Below are positions 42,690-56,778 of a DNA stretch of 64,000 bases, one piece after another (within the stretch, counting starts at the first letter, position 1; the number at the start of each line of letters is the position of its first letter). The notes below the pieces were generated by a model. It had not been told where the DNA came from. It did not search any database and worked only from the letters and a program-made list of their open reading frames with translations. The position numbers and the translations under genes were made by a program. The DNA is from Eledone cirrhosa. Its lineage: Eukaryota. The stretch is taken from the NCBI GenBank assembly GCA_964016885.1, contig OZ024763.1, positions 6,634,001 through 6,698,000 on the forward strand, given 5' to 3'.

Positions 42690-44124
42690 GATATATATAT
42701 ATATATATGTGGATATTTGAATCTTGTGTTTCCGATACACAAGATTCAAATATCCACTTTACCCCCCCTCCCCAACTCCTTTCTCTCTCAATATATCGAA
42801 AGTACCAGATGATAAGTCACTACTCTCTCTCTCTCTCTCTCTCAGAACCATTATTTGACAAGCCTGCGCTCCCCGTCTCACTGTCATTCTTTCTCAATCG
42901 GAAGCATCATCTGACAAGCCTGCACTCTCTCTCTCTCTCCCTGCTCTACTCTCTATTCTCTCTCTCTCTATCAGAAGCACCACCTGACAAGACTCTCTCT
43001 CTCTCTCTCTCACTACTCTACTCTCTCCGCTCCCTGTCTCTCACCACCTGAAAGGACTCTATGTTTATGTAGGACTCGGATGTTTATGTAAAAGCTTGCA
43101 CTGAGTTCTCTAACGATGTTCTTTATGTTGGCCTTTGTTTAGCAACACCCACACACCCACACACATATATACACACACACGCATTCATTTCAACAGTACA
43201 TTAGCGGTAGCAAAACTAATAAATCATGTAAGAGACATAACTCTAAATGACTAAAGATTTAGTCAATACAGAGTTACTTCCCATGAATTATTGGACAATA
43301 AACTTAAAGCCTGATTCCGTTGCTTTTTTAGTATGGAATATCGTTTTTGTTGTTATTGTTGTTCTTGTTGTGGTGGTGGTGGCAGTTGTTGTTGTTGTAG
43401 TAGTAGTAGTAATATAGTAGTAGTAGTAGTAGGAGTAGTAACATTAGTAGTAGTAGTAGTAGTAGTAACAGCAGTAGTAGTAGTATTAGTAGTAGGAGTA
43501 GTAATAGTGGCAGTAGTAGTTGGTGGCGTAGTAGTAGTAGTGGCAGTAGTAGTAGTAACACTAGTAGTAGTAGAAGCAGCAGTAGTAGTAGTATTAGTAG
43601 TAGCAGCAGCAGTAAGAGTAGTAGTGGTAGTGGTAGTAGAAGTAGTAGTGGTGGCAGTAGTGGTAGTGGTAGTAGCAGTAGTAGTAGAAGTAGTAGTGGT
43701 AGTGGTAGTAGCAGTAGTAGTAGAAGTAGTAGTGGTGGCAGTAGTGGTAGTGGTAGTAGCAGTAGTAGTAGAAGTAGTAGTGGTGGCAGTAATGGTAGTG
43801 GTAGTAGCAGTAGTAGTAGTATTAGTAGTAGCAGCAGCTGTAAGAGTAGTAGAGGTGGCAGTAGTTGTAGTTGTAGTGGTAGTAGTATTAGTAGTAGCAG
43901 CAGCAGTAAGAGTAGTAGTGGTAGTGGTAGTAGAAGTAGTAGTGGTGGCAGTAGTGGTAGTGGTAGTAGCAGTAGTAGTAGAAGTAGTAGTGGTGGCAGT
44001 AGTGGTAGTAGCAGTAGTAGTAGAAGTAGTAGTGATGGCATTAGCAGTAGTAGTAGAAGTAGTAGTAGTGGTAGTAGCAGTAGCAGTAGAAGTAGTAGTG
44101 GTGGCAGTAGTAGTAGTAGTAATG

Positions 44125-44283
44125 GTTGTATATGGTTGTGTGGTCAAGGAGGAGTTCCCTTCACAACCACATGGATCCGGCTTCGGTCTCACAAAGTGAC
44201 AACAACTTGGTCAAGTGTCTTTTACTATAGTTTAGGGCTTTTGTGTGAAATTTGGTTGACGTAAACTGTTTGGAAGCCCGTTA
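44125..44283 (+). mobile_element. Degenerate SINE (third family)
   Basis: Head tggttgtgtggtcaag and core-like ttggtcaagtgtctt. Confidence 0.45.
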
Positions 44284-44404
44284 TGTCTGGATGAATGTGT
44301 GCATATGTGCGTATGTATGTGTGTATTTGCATGTTCTGTGTACACGTGTGTGTAGGTATGGTTGTATGTACCTGTATATGTCTGTCTGTATGCATGTATG
44401 TATA

Positions 44405-44703
44405 TTTTTCTTTCTCTTAATTTCGACCGGCCACCTTCCTGGTGGCAAGACTCTAAAAGAAAAAAATTGTCCATTTGTAGTCTACGAATTAGGGAGCTTC
44501 GCGTTTTGTCCACAAATCCAAGTTCATGGTCCCAGCGGGTTGGTATATCACCTGTAGCTCCAATACTGATGGATGTGAAGCTGAAGGTGTATCTTGGATA
44601 CTGGATCTGTAAACTCCTCATCAAAGGTCCGTAGATGTCCTCCTTCTCTTGTATTTTTGTCACCATGTTGACATCAAGTGGGCAGCTGATCTCTACAACA
44701 GAG
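44405..44703 (-). mobile_element. Dong-like 3' fragment
   Basis: Encodes KIQEKEDIYGPLMRSLQIQYPRYTFSF, the same as the main element's C-terminus; internal deletions. Confidence 0.88.
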
Positions 44704-44767
44704 CTATCATGTATCCATGTATGTATGTGTGTATGTATGTATGTATGTATGTATGTATGTATGTATG

Positions 44768-44794
<27 letters not shown>

Positions 44795-44801
<7 letters not shown>

Positions 44802-45090
44802 TCATCTTGGTTAAGAGAGTGGGACTGGCTTTGTGCAGTGCCTTTGCTCACTATAAAAGCTTCACAGCACAGGCATTGCTTTATATCTGGAGACCTCTCT
44901 GCACTTGTTGTCACACAGTACCATGGGCCCAGCACTATGTGTCAATAATTGTCACAAGTGTAGTGTTTGTACCAGAGTTTTCAAGTCGCTGGCTGAACTA
45001 AAAAGTCAAACTCGTTCAGCCCATCGGTAGGGGTTCTCCTACATGGATATAAAGTAGTGGCCGTACTCGAAAACGAGTTGGCAGCCACCA
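44795..45090 (+). mobile_element. 5'-truncated copy of the RTE-derived element in (TATG)n
   Basis: Matches ~7101-7396; (TATG)n on both sides. Confidence 0.85.
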
Positions 45091-45164
45091 TGTATGTATG
45101 TATGTATGTATGTATGTATGTATGTATGTATGTATGTATGTATGTATGTATGTATGTATGTATG

Positions 45165-45195
<31 letters not shown>

Positions 45196-46305
45196 GTATG
45201 TGTGTACGTGTATGTCTGTCTAGATTTAAGCCCCGTGTTTTGGTGGATTGGCAGACACGGTGTTTATCCGGCCAAAGTCCCTTCTATTTAGTACCAGCCC
45301 TTTACTTTCTGAGTTCGAATCCTACCAAGGCCCAAATTTATTTTCTTTGTCTTTTGGTTTTTTTTTTCAAGTGACTAAAAAAAAACAAAAAGTTAATAAC
45401 TGGGACGAGTTTGTATTTGTCAGTTTTTATTTGGAGAGAGGAAGTTACACACAAACAACAACAACAACACTACTACAATACACAAACAACAACAACACTA
45501 CTACAATACACAAACAACAACAACAACACTACAACAATGGCACCACCACCACCACAACACACAAAACAATGACAACAACAACAACACCATAACACCATAG
45601 CAACACCACCTCAACAACCACAGCACCACCACAATAATAACAATAACAACACAACAGCAACACCACCACTAACACAACAACAACAACACCACCACCATCA
45701 TCACCACTAACACAACACCACCAACACCACCACCACTAACACAACAACAGCAACACCACCACCATTAACACAACAACAGCAACACCACCACCACCACTAA
45801 CACAACAACAACAACACCACCACCACCAACACACCACCACCACAGCAACAACAACACCACCACCACCACCACCACAGCAACAACAAGTAACACCACCACC
45901 ACAGCAACAACAACACCACCACCACCACCAACACCACCACCACCACCACCACCACCACCACCACCACCACCACCACCACCACCCTCACTACCAAAACAAC
46001 AACAATAACAACAACAAAGAACAACAACTCCAGTTATTGTTAATGCTAAGAAGGAGAAGGGGGAGTGTACGTGTTGACACCAACAATAAGTCCTCAGTGT
46101 TGTTTACACTTCCGTTTGTCACAATAACTTCTCAATACTATTGTCACTTTCGATTGTTTCATAAAACCTTCTTCTTCTTCTTCTTCTTCTTCTTCTTTTT
46201 CTTCTTCTTCTTCTTCTTCTTACATTGTCTATCAATCCGGTTGACTTAAGGAGCACTGGGAAAATTGGAAATTTAAAATGGAGTCGTCCCAAAGTAGATG
46301 ACTAT

Positions 46306-46640
46306 AATAATTGTTTCTACGTTTTGGCACAAGACCAGCGATTACCCCAGTGCATTACTGGTACTTTATTTTATCGAACCCATAAGGATGAAAGGCAAAG
46401 CTAATCGCGGCAGGAGATATTTATCTTAAAACCTTCCACCATTTTATTAATACCAGCTTAATAATTGTTTCTACTTTAGGCACAAGGCCAATAATTATCC
46501 CAGTACATTACTGGTACTTTATTTTATCGACCCCGTAAGGATGAAAGGCAAAGTCAACCTCGGCGGGATTTGAACTCAGATCGTAAAGGGACGTAAATAT
46601 GCTGGAAAGCATGGCGTCCGACCCTCTACCGATACTGCCA
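46306..46640 (-). mobile_element. Two SINE copies (46306-46410 and 46460-46640)
   Basis: Same consensus as the other SINE copies. Confidence 0.85.
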
Positions 46641-46780
46641 AATGAGTTTGTTATATTATTAAATCCAGATAAATTTTCTTAATTAAAAAAAATATTTGAA
46701 AATTATAGGCAGTATCTTTCATTAGAATTATGGTATCGAAAGAGATAAAGACATTGACGGGGTTAATAGCATAGGCAACG

Positions 46781-48352
46781 TCTTTCATTAGAAATATGGT
46801 AATGAAAGGGTTAAAGAGATAGACAGTGTATTTCAATAGAAATATGGTAATGGAAGGGTTAAAGACATAGACAGTGTCTATCATTAGAAATATGGTAATG
46901 AAAGGGTTAAAGACATAGACAGTGTCTTTCATTAGAAATATGGTAATGAAAGGGTTAAAGAGATAGACAGTGTCTTTCATTAGAAATATGGTAATGAAAG
47001 GGTTAAAGAGATAGACAGTGTCTTTCATTAGAAATATGGTAATGAAAGGGTTAAAGACATAGACAGTGTCTTTCATTAGAAATATGGTAATGAAAGGGTT
47101 AAAGAGATAGACAGTGTCTTTCATTAGAAATATGGTAATGAAAGGGTTAATGACATAGACAGTGTCTTTCATTAGAAATATGGTAATGAAAGGGTTAAAG
47201 AGATAGACAGTGTCTTTCATTAGAAATATGGTAATGAAAGGGTTAAAGAGATAGACAGTGTCTTTCATTAGAAATATGGTAATGAAAGGGTTAAAGACAT
47301 AGACAGTGTCTTTCATTAGAAATATGGTAATGAAAGGGTTAAAGAGATAGACAGTGTCTTTCATTAGAAATATGGTAATGAAAGGGTTAAAGAGATAGAC
47401 AGTGTCTTTCATTAGAAATATGGTAATGAAAGGGTTAAAGACATAGACAGTGTCTTTCATTAGAAATATGGTAATGAAAGGGTTAAAGAGATAGACAGTG
47501 TCTTTCATTAGAAATATGGTAATGAAAGGGTTAATGACATAGACAGTGTCTTTCATTAGAAATATGGTAATGAAAGGGTTAAAGAGATAGACAGTGTCTT
47601 TCATTAGAAATATGGTAATGAAAGGGTTAAAGAGATAGACAGTGTCTTTCATTAGAAATATGGTAATGAAAGGGTTAAAGACATAGACAGTGTCTTTCAT
47701 TAGAAATATGGTAATGAAAGGGTTAAAGACATAGACAGTGTCTTTCATTAGAAATATGGTAATGGAAGGGTTAAAGACATAGACAGTGTCTTTCATTAGA
47801 AATATGGTAATGAAAGGGTTAAAGAGATAGACAGTCTATTTCATTAGAAATATGGTAATGGAAGGGTTAAAGACATAGACAGTGTCTTTCATTAGAAATA
47901 TGGTAATGGAAGGGTTAAAGAGATAGACAGTGTCTTTCATTAGAAATATGGTAATGAAAGGGTTAAAGACATAGACAGTGTCTTTCATTAGAAATATGGT
48001 AATGGAAGGGTTAAAGACATAGACAGTGTCTTTCATTAGAAATATGGTAATGAAAGGGTTAAAGAGATAGACAGTGTCTTTCATTAGAAATATGGTAATG
48101 AAAGGGTTAAAGACATAGACAGTGTCTTTCATTAGAAATATGGTAATGGAAGGGTTAAAGACATAGACAGTGTCTTTCATTAGAAATATGGTAATGAAAG
48201 GGTTAAAGAGATAGACAGTCTATTTCATTAGAAATATGGTAATGGAAGGGTTAAAGACATAGACAGTGTCTTTCATTAGAAATATGGTAATGAAAGGGTT
48301 AAAGACATAGACAGTGTCTTTCATTAGAAATATGGTAATTAAAGGGTTAAAG
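46781..48352. repeat. 48-bp tandem array, ~33 copies
   Basis: Unit TCATTAGAAATATGGTAATGAAAGGGTTAAAGA(G/C)ATAGACAGTGTCTT. Confidence 0.97.
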
Positions 48353-48673
48353 TGTTATATTTATCTATAAAACTTCAAGTGTACCAACAACAACAGAGAA
48401 AAAACAATAGCAACAAGAACAATAACAACGACAGTAGTAGCAGCAACAACAACAATAGTAGAATAGAAATATAAGTAGTTTCTAGTTTTACCTGATTTAG
48501 GTGTCAAATATTCTAATATTCCAACACGGCGTCCATTAAGAAGTAAGAGTTTATCTTCTGACAGTAGTTTTAATGAAGTCTTGGAGTGGACTGAACGATA
48601 TATATATATTTATATATATCAAGCGTGAAACTAATAAGACTCTTTGTACCCCACTTTTGTCATTTCCTTGAAC

Positions 48674-48704
<31 letters not shown>

Positions 48705-48706
48705 AT

Positions 48707-48756
<50 letters not shown>

Positions 48757-49024
48757 ATACCTCCCCTCATCCCCCAATGTCCTGACATTTCCTTCCTCCT
48801 GAAAAAAAGAGTGGAAAGTTTAAGACTTTAATATAAAAAATGTCCCAGGTCACATGTTCGACCATCAACCTATGATATTGCAAAATCTTTCCTTTTCCCG
48901 TATGTGTCATAGTCATACTGTTATACTGTTATGAGTGTGCGACACTCACACATTCATACATATAATATATAGCCACTCACACATATATATAAATACGCAC
49001 ACATATATATATACACACACGCAC

Positions 49025-49081
<57 letters not shown>

Positions 49082-49359
49082 CATACATGTATATAAGTGT
49101 ACTGAATGACTACTTGAAGGTTCTAGAAAATAACATCTACACGTCTGTGTGTGTTTATGTGTCTGTATGTCGTGTGTGTGTGTGACTGTCTCTATGCGTG
49201 TTAATGTCTGACTCTGTATGTGTCTGTCTATATGCGTATGTGTGTATATTTATGTGAGTGTTTGACTGCCTCTGTATACAACAGACAACAGACAACAGAC
49301 AACGCCATTATTTCACCAGCGGTCAATGGCCGTACAAATTGTTGGCTCCTCTCGTTTTA

Positions 49360-49840
49360 TCTCGTCATCAAATCTCGTCACATTATCTACGATGTTTACC
49401 ATCTCATCTCATCACCTTATCTATGATGTTTTCCATCTCATCTCATCGTCTTATCTGTGATGTTTTCCATCTCATGTTGTCGTCTTATCTACAATGTTTT
49501 CCATCTCCTCTGGGCGTCTTATTTACGATTTTTTCCATCTCCTCTTATCGTCTTATCTACGATGTTTTACATCTCCTCTCGTCGTCTTACCTACGATGTT
49601 TACCATCTCATGTCGTCGTCTTATCTGTGATGTTTTCCATCTCCTCTCATCGTCTTATGTACGATGTTTTCCATCTGCTCTCGTCGTCTTATCTACGAGG
49701 TTTTCCATCTCATGTCGTCGTCTTATCTACGATGTTTTCCACTTCATCTCGTCGTCTTATCTGCTATGTTTACCATCATATCTTGTCGTCTTATCTACAA
49801 TGTTTACCATCTTATTTTGTCGTCTAATCTACGATATTTT
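49360..49840. repeat. ~34-bp minisatellite; a 35-39-bp array follows at 49950-50280
   Basis: Unit tcgtcttatctacgatgttttccatctcctctcg. Confidence 0.9.
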
Positions 49841-50419
49841 ACAGATATTGATAAATAACGTACCCCATGTTTAAACCATCAGGTTTAGAATGCCCAAGCT
49901 ATGTTGTATGTCACTACGGCACCCCTACAACTCCATCAGGCGTTATGGATCCATCCATACATCCATACACACATACAACTTACATACATCCATCCATCCA
50001 TACACACATACAACTTACATACATCCATCCATCCATACACACATACAACTTACATACATCCATCCATCCATACACACATACAACTTACATACATCCATAC
50101 ATCCATACACACATACAACTTACATACATCCATACATCCATACACACATACAACTTACATACATCCATCCATCCATACACACATACAACATACATACATC
50201 CATACATCCATACACGCATACAACTTACATACATCCATACATCCATACACACATACAACTTACATACTTACATTCAAACTTATATACATATATATACGTA
50301 ATACACACGCATACATATATAAAAATACATACATCCATAAATATATACGTACGTACATACATACAAACGTAGATAAAAACTTACATTCACACATAATACA
50401 TACATACATACATACATCA

Positions 50420-50509
<90 letters not shown>

Positions 50510-50512
<3 letters not shown>

Positions 50513-50705
50513 CGTTTCTGAATTTGTTTAGCAAGATTCTTTATCTGAAATCGTGTGTTGAAACCGATATTGTTATACTTTGGGAGGGTCATGTTGCCAA
50601 TAAGAAACACACGCACCAGTTGCTTTCACTTCAATTTATTATATATTTATAAATTTATAAATTTCTGGTTGGTTGGTTGGTTCCACAACCAGATAGTTGT
50701 TTATA
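50510..50705 (+). mobile_element. TA-flanked repeat family B (inverted copy 25565-25725; relatives 23771-23860 and 15864-16160)
   Basis: Shared tattgttatactt(t/g)gggagggtcat motif. Confidence 0.7.
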
Positions 50706-50877
50706 TATAGTCATAGTTCTTTCGTCACACACTCTGTGACCTCTTCAGTGACTGGGGATTCCTTTCTTTGTTTCTGTGCCTCTCCTTTGTTCTGTCCTGA
50801 TGATGATATATATATATATCATCATCATCATCATCACCATTTTACGCCGATACATATATATACATACACAAAAACCA

Positions 50878-51120
50878 ATGAAAAACATTTGTGCTGGACT
50901 AATGAGAAATCTGCAGATACTCCACTCTGACTATACCTTCAGATTTATACCTGTGATTATTGGGGGTCACTGGGATATGTTAGTAACTGCCTCAATACAA
51001 ATCTTGAGAAGCTGGGCTTCACAGAACCAGTAAGAACACAACTAGTTAGGAAATTACACGTACAATCCATTAATGGAACAGTAAAAATATGTAAAACATT
51101 TAAGAAATTCTGCATGTAGT
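50878..51120 (+). mobile_element. Diverged Dong-like 3' fragment (second family)
   Basis: Encodes GLMRNLQILHSDYTFRFIPVIIGG and GTVKICKTF, homologous to the REL C-terminus. Confidence 0.7.
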
Positions 51121-51409
51121 AACTGCATATACACATGTACAGATACAATACAAAGCATTGCACATCCACACACAATAACATCCATAACCACACACACACA
51201 CACACACACATATATACATATATATATACATATATATATATAAGAATAAAGTGTCGTAGTTTGCTCGAAGCATTGTATATAATATATAATGTGGAAAGTG
51301 ATATATGAATGAATGTTAAATAATGCAAAATGGACGATAAGATGAAGGTAACTAAAAAGTTAGTTACTAGGTAATTTTTGTTTTTTGTTGTTTCTTTCGT
51401 TTCTTTCAT

Positions 51410-51444
<35 letters not shown>

Positions 51445-51526
51445 ATATATATGGAGAGAGAGAGAGAGAGAAATTCGTTTTCAAATATATATATGGTAGC
51501 ATGGAAGAACGGACGTAAAACGGTGA

Positions 51527-51585
<59 letters not shown>

Positions 51586-51862
51586 TATGTACATATATCT
51601 ATAGATATATTATATATATATATACACACATATATATATTATATATACATATATATATATATTATATATATATATATTATATATATACATATGTATATAT
51701 TATATATATACACATATATATATACATATATATATATATTATATATATATGTGTGTATATATATATATATACATATATATATATTATATATACACATATA
51801 TATATACATATATATATACATATATATATTATATATATACATATATATATACATATATATAC

Positions 51863-51910
<48 letters not shown>

Positions 51911-52886
51911 GTATATATATGTGTATATATACGTATATATATATATATACGTATATATATGTGTATATATACGTATATATATATATATATATACGTATAT
52001 ATATGTGTATATATACATATATATATACATATATATACGTATATATATATATATATATATATATACATACGTATATATATGTGTATATATACGTATATAT
52101 ATATATATATATACGTATATATATGTGTATATATACGTATATATATATATATATACATACGTATATATATGTGTATATATACGTATATATATATATATAT
52201 ATATACATACGTATATATATGTGTATATATACGTATATATATATATATATATATACGTATATATATGTATATATATACGTATATATATATATATATATAC
52301 GTATATATATGTGTATATATACGTATATATATATATACACGTATATATATGTGTATATATATGTATATATATATATATATATATATACATACACACACAC
52401 AACTGCCCTCCTCATTATATATACCAAAATCACAGACAGTAGATTTAACCATTCCCACCAAACAATGCCGAATATTACTTGTCTCCCACAGGGAACATAT
52501 TTTATGGCTTCTTCTATCGATCTATCGATTTGCCAATTTTATTGATTTTATAGATTTTAATCTGACGTTCTTTTAGTTAAACTTTGTGTTATTATTGGTG
52601 ATGGGGGGGGGGGGGATTTGGATAGTAAAATAAGAAATATCTAACATTTAGAAAATTAAAAACAGAAACAGTACCACCCTCCCGTCCACCCCGATGGGAG
52701 ATCTATTCTACACACACACACATATATATATACACACACATATATATACATACACACATATATATATATATACACACACATATATATACATATACACAGA
52801 CATATAATATACACACAATATAGACACAATCGCACACGTATATATAGATATATACGTATACACACACACACAAACGTATATATATA

Positions 52887-52899
<13 letters not shown>

Positions 52900-52922
<23 letters not shown>

Positions 52923-53111
52923 TATATACACACGTACACACACACGTATAAATACATTTATATATATATATATTCATACACACACACACACACACACACC
53001 ATATACAGACACACACATACACCATACACACACACACACATAAATACAAACGTATACATACATACATACATATATATATATATACACACGTACACAAACA
53101 CGTATAAATAC

Positions 53112-53146
<35 letters not shown>

Positions 53147-53454
53147 TACACACACACACACACACCATATACAGACACACACATACACCATACACACACA
53201 CACACATAAATACAAACGTATACATACATACATACATATATATATATATACACACGTACACACACACGTATAAATACATTTATATATATATATATTCGTA
53301 CACACACACACACACACACCATATACAGACACACACATACACCATACACCATACACACACACACACATAAATACAAACGTATACATACATACATATATAT
53401 ATACACACACGTACACACACACGTATAAATACATTTATATATATATATATATAT

Positions 53455-53505
<51 letters not shown>

Positions 53506-53643
53506 ATATACAGACACACACATACACCATACACACACACACACACACACATAAATACAAACGTATACATACATACATACATATATATATACACACACGT
53601 ACACACACGTATAAATACATTTATATATATATATATATATATT

Positions 53644-53681
<38 letters not shown>

Positions 53682-53975
53682 ATATACAGACACACACATA
53701 CACCATACACACACACACACATAAATACAAACGTATACATACATACATACATATATATATATACACACGTACACACACACGTATAAATACATTTATATAT
53801 ATATATATTCGTACACACACACACACACACACACACCATATACAGACACACATACACCATACACACACTCACACACACACACACATAAATACAAACGTAT
53901 ACATACATACATATATATATACACACACGTACACACACACGTATAAATACATTTATATATATATATATATATATT

Positions 53976-54029
<54 letters not shown>

Positions 54030-54162
54030 ATATACACACATACACCATACACCATACACACACACACACACATAAATACAAACGTATACATACATACATA
54101 TATATATACACACACGTACACACACACGTATAAATACATTTATATATATATATATATATATT

Positions 54163-54208
<46 letters not shown>

Positions 54209-54319
54209 ATATACAGACACACACATACACCATACACACACACCCACATAAATACAAACGTATACATACATACATACATATATATATACACACACGTACA
54301 CACACACGTATAAATACAT

Positions 54320-54350
<31 letters not shown>
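52900..54350. repeat. Higher-order (~160 bp) repeat built from CA/TA/CATA microsatellites; a similar ~50-bp array lies at 59820-60870
   Basis: Recurring anchors cgtataaatacattt, ccatatacagac and ataaatacaaacgt. Confidence 0.9.
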
Positions 54351-54410
<60 letters not shown>

Positions 54411-54801
54411 TGTGTGTGTGTGTGTGTTTGCGCGCGTGTGTGTGTATGTGTGTGTGTATGTGTGTGTGTAAACTAAATTAATCAATATATTAGACACCAA
54501 TAAATACTATGCTCTATGGAAGAACAAAGATGAGATATTTTCATAGACCGTGGAGCCCTTTAAGAATCTTTAAACTCCGCCACACTCTGACTAGTATATG
54601 ACGTCAGGGTATGGTTGCGGTCATGGCTGTTTGCTTAAAACATTTACCTGGAAATCACCAGGTATCTTGTCCGGGTCTCGATTCATCAGCGGGAAATTTT
54701 GAGTCTTTTTTAATTTACAATAATATCCACGACATGCTTATTGGATCTCTCTCTCTCTCTCTCTCTCTCTGGATACATGGGTGTATGGGTATGTGTGTGT
54801 G

Positions 54802-54858
<57 letters not shown>

Positions 54859-54859
<1 letters not shown>

Positions 54860-55059
54860 GGAAAAGAGTCACGACCCCGACGCCAGAGCTCAAGCCGTTT
54901 CGACGGCTAATTCTGGACTCAGAGTCCAGAATTAGCCGTCGAAACGGCTTGAGCTCAGCCGTCGGGGTCCTACTCGTTCCTATTACCCACTCTACTACCC
55001 TAAGTATTGAGTACTTTGGTGCGTTATGGTCCACCTGGTTCCTTACCACATTTCCTTCG

Positions 55060-55061
<2 letters not shown>
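54859..55061. mobile_element. TA-flanked repeat family D with a palindromic junction (also 20643-20741, 23441-23524, 61127-61322, 62417-62586)
   Basis: Shared GAGCTCAAGCCGTTTCGAC and CTTACCACATTTCC modules. Confidence 0.85.
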
Positions 55062-55097
<36 letters not shown>

Positions 55098-55206
55098 ATT
55101 AGAAATGTTAGCTATCGCCGTATTTTATATATATAGGGAAAAAAGATGAAATCGAAAATGCAACTGGAGTCTTTTTTTTTTATAAACATATATATTTATT
55201 AGGTTC

Positions 55207-55242
55207 CTTTACCGGTTTCGCAGTTCTTCTGCTTTTCAAAAG
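55207..55242 (-). ncRNA. Minimal hammerhead with a U3-A8 core (decayed relative at 55521-55558 +)
   Basis: Minus strand reads CTT-TTGAAAA-GCAG aagaa CTGC-GAAAC CG GTA-AAG. Confidence 0.62.
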
Positions 55243-55366
55243 TAGAGTTGAGATGGAGGCTCCGTGGTTTTTCTCACATCTTATAATTTTCGATTTCACC
55301 TTTTTTCCTTATACTTTCACTCGTGTAGGACACCTCGGTTTTTTTCATTTTGTAAAAAACCCTCAC

Positions 55367-55417
<51 letters not shown>

Positions 55418-55714
55418 TAAACGGAATAGAAAATGCTGACAAATTGTTCACAGTTGAAAAATGGTTTAATTAATATATACAGATCAGAGCAAACAGCATG
55501 GACACTCTATCTCAAAATTATTTTTGAAAAGCATTTAGAAATGCGCAACCGGTAAAAACTTAAAAACTTAAAACCACAACTGAATACTAACCCATACAAT
55601 CACTAATACTCTTTTATTCCTAATTAAACCATTTTTCAACTGTGAACAATTTGTCAGCATTTTCTATTCCGTTTACCAATATATAATAACTTGTGTGTTA
55701 CACCTCTATTCTTT

Positions 55715-55783
<69 letters not shown>

Positions 55784-56043
55784 ACAGATAAATAGATAAG
55801 ACAGACAGACAGGCAGACAGATAAATAGATATGTTTCTTTTATTTGCCACCAGGGCATCAAAAGTGGGACAAGTACAAAAGGGGGAGTTTACAAAACAAG
55901 GCGTCCTCAATAAGGAGGAGGCAATAACAATATATAAAAATAAAATAAAATATAACAAAAAATAAAATTTATAACAAAGTCCTCAATAGAGAGGGGGCGC
56001 CTTGGGGGGTCGCACACACCCCCGAAAAAAGTAGATAGATAGA

Positions 56044-56778
56044 TATATTTCTTTATTAGCCACAGGGGCACAAAAGAAGGGGACAAATACAAAGAGGGAA
56101 GTTTACATACAATAAAAACGTGTAAAATGTTATCACAGATGGAATTTAAAAGTTAGTCGATTTTCCCCAATAGAGGGAGACAGTTTATATGGGTAACACA
56201 TACCCCCGAAAAAAATGTGCAACCCTCATCTCCAGGAGTACGAAGAGCTTGTACTCCTTTCCTCTCCTCCTCCTTTTCCTCAATCTACAGGCTGATATAG
56301 AGAGAAGGCCCATTCACTCTGGCCATTCTCGCCACTTTCACCCATCTTTCATAAAACTTGCTGGGGTACAGCACCTCTCTCTCCATCCTGTACCTTCTTC
56401 CAAAGTGGTATTTGAAAAAAAAAGAATCAGTTGTTGGCCGGAGAGAAAGGTGTCTGACCTCAGCCCTTTCAACCTTGTCCACCATACAACCTCTTTCGCC
56501 ATGGCTATCACACAAAGGAAAACCGCCTCTCCTTCGTTTTTGAAGGAGGGTGGCGGTTTGATCATGACAATGGACTCGGTGGTCAACTGGATTGGTCCCA
56601 CCCGCGACAATAGTCGTTCTACATATCCCCACAGGTCAGTGACGCCCGGGCAGTGTATGAATGCGTGCGCGACGGTTTCTTCGTCTCGCACGCACCTCGG
56701 ACATCTTTTTTGCAGGGTCCCTGCCCGGGCGCCCATGTCTGTAGAGCTTGTCTCGAACTGGTAGAGAGAAGGCGCTAT
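56044..56778 (-). mobile_element. Tx1/L1-like LINE 3' end (zinc knuckle plus 3'UTR) next to (GATA)n; a second 3'UTR piece lies at ~55828-55990
   Basis: CPRCVRDEETVAHAFIHC zf-RVT-type motif; AKEVVWWTR. Confidence 0.8.

Noticed and set aside
46651-48180. 381-aa and 114-aa repeat proteins (MKDTVYLFNPFITIFL)n
   Set aside because: By-product of a 48-bp unit; the frame is broken by 47-bp variants.
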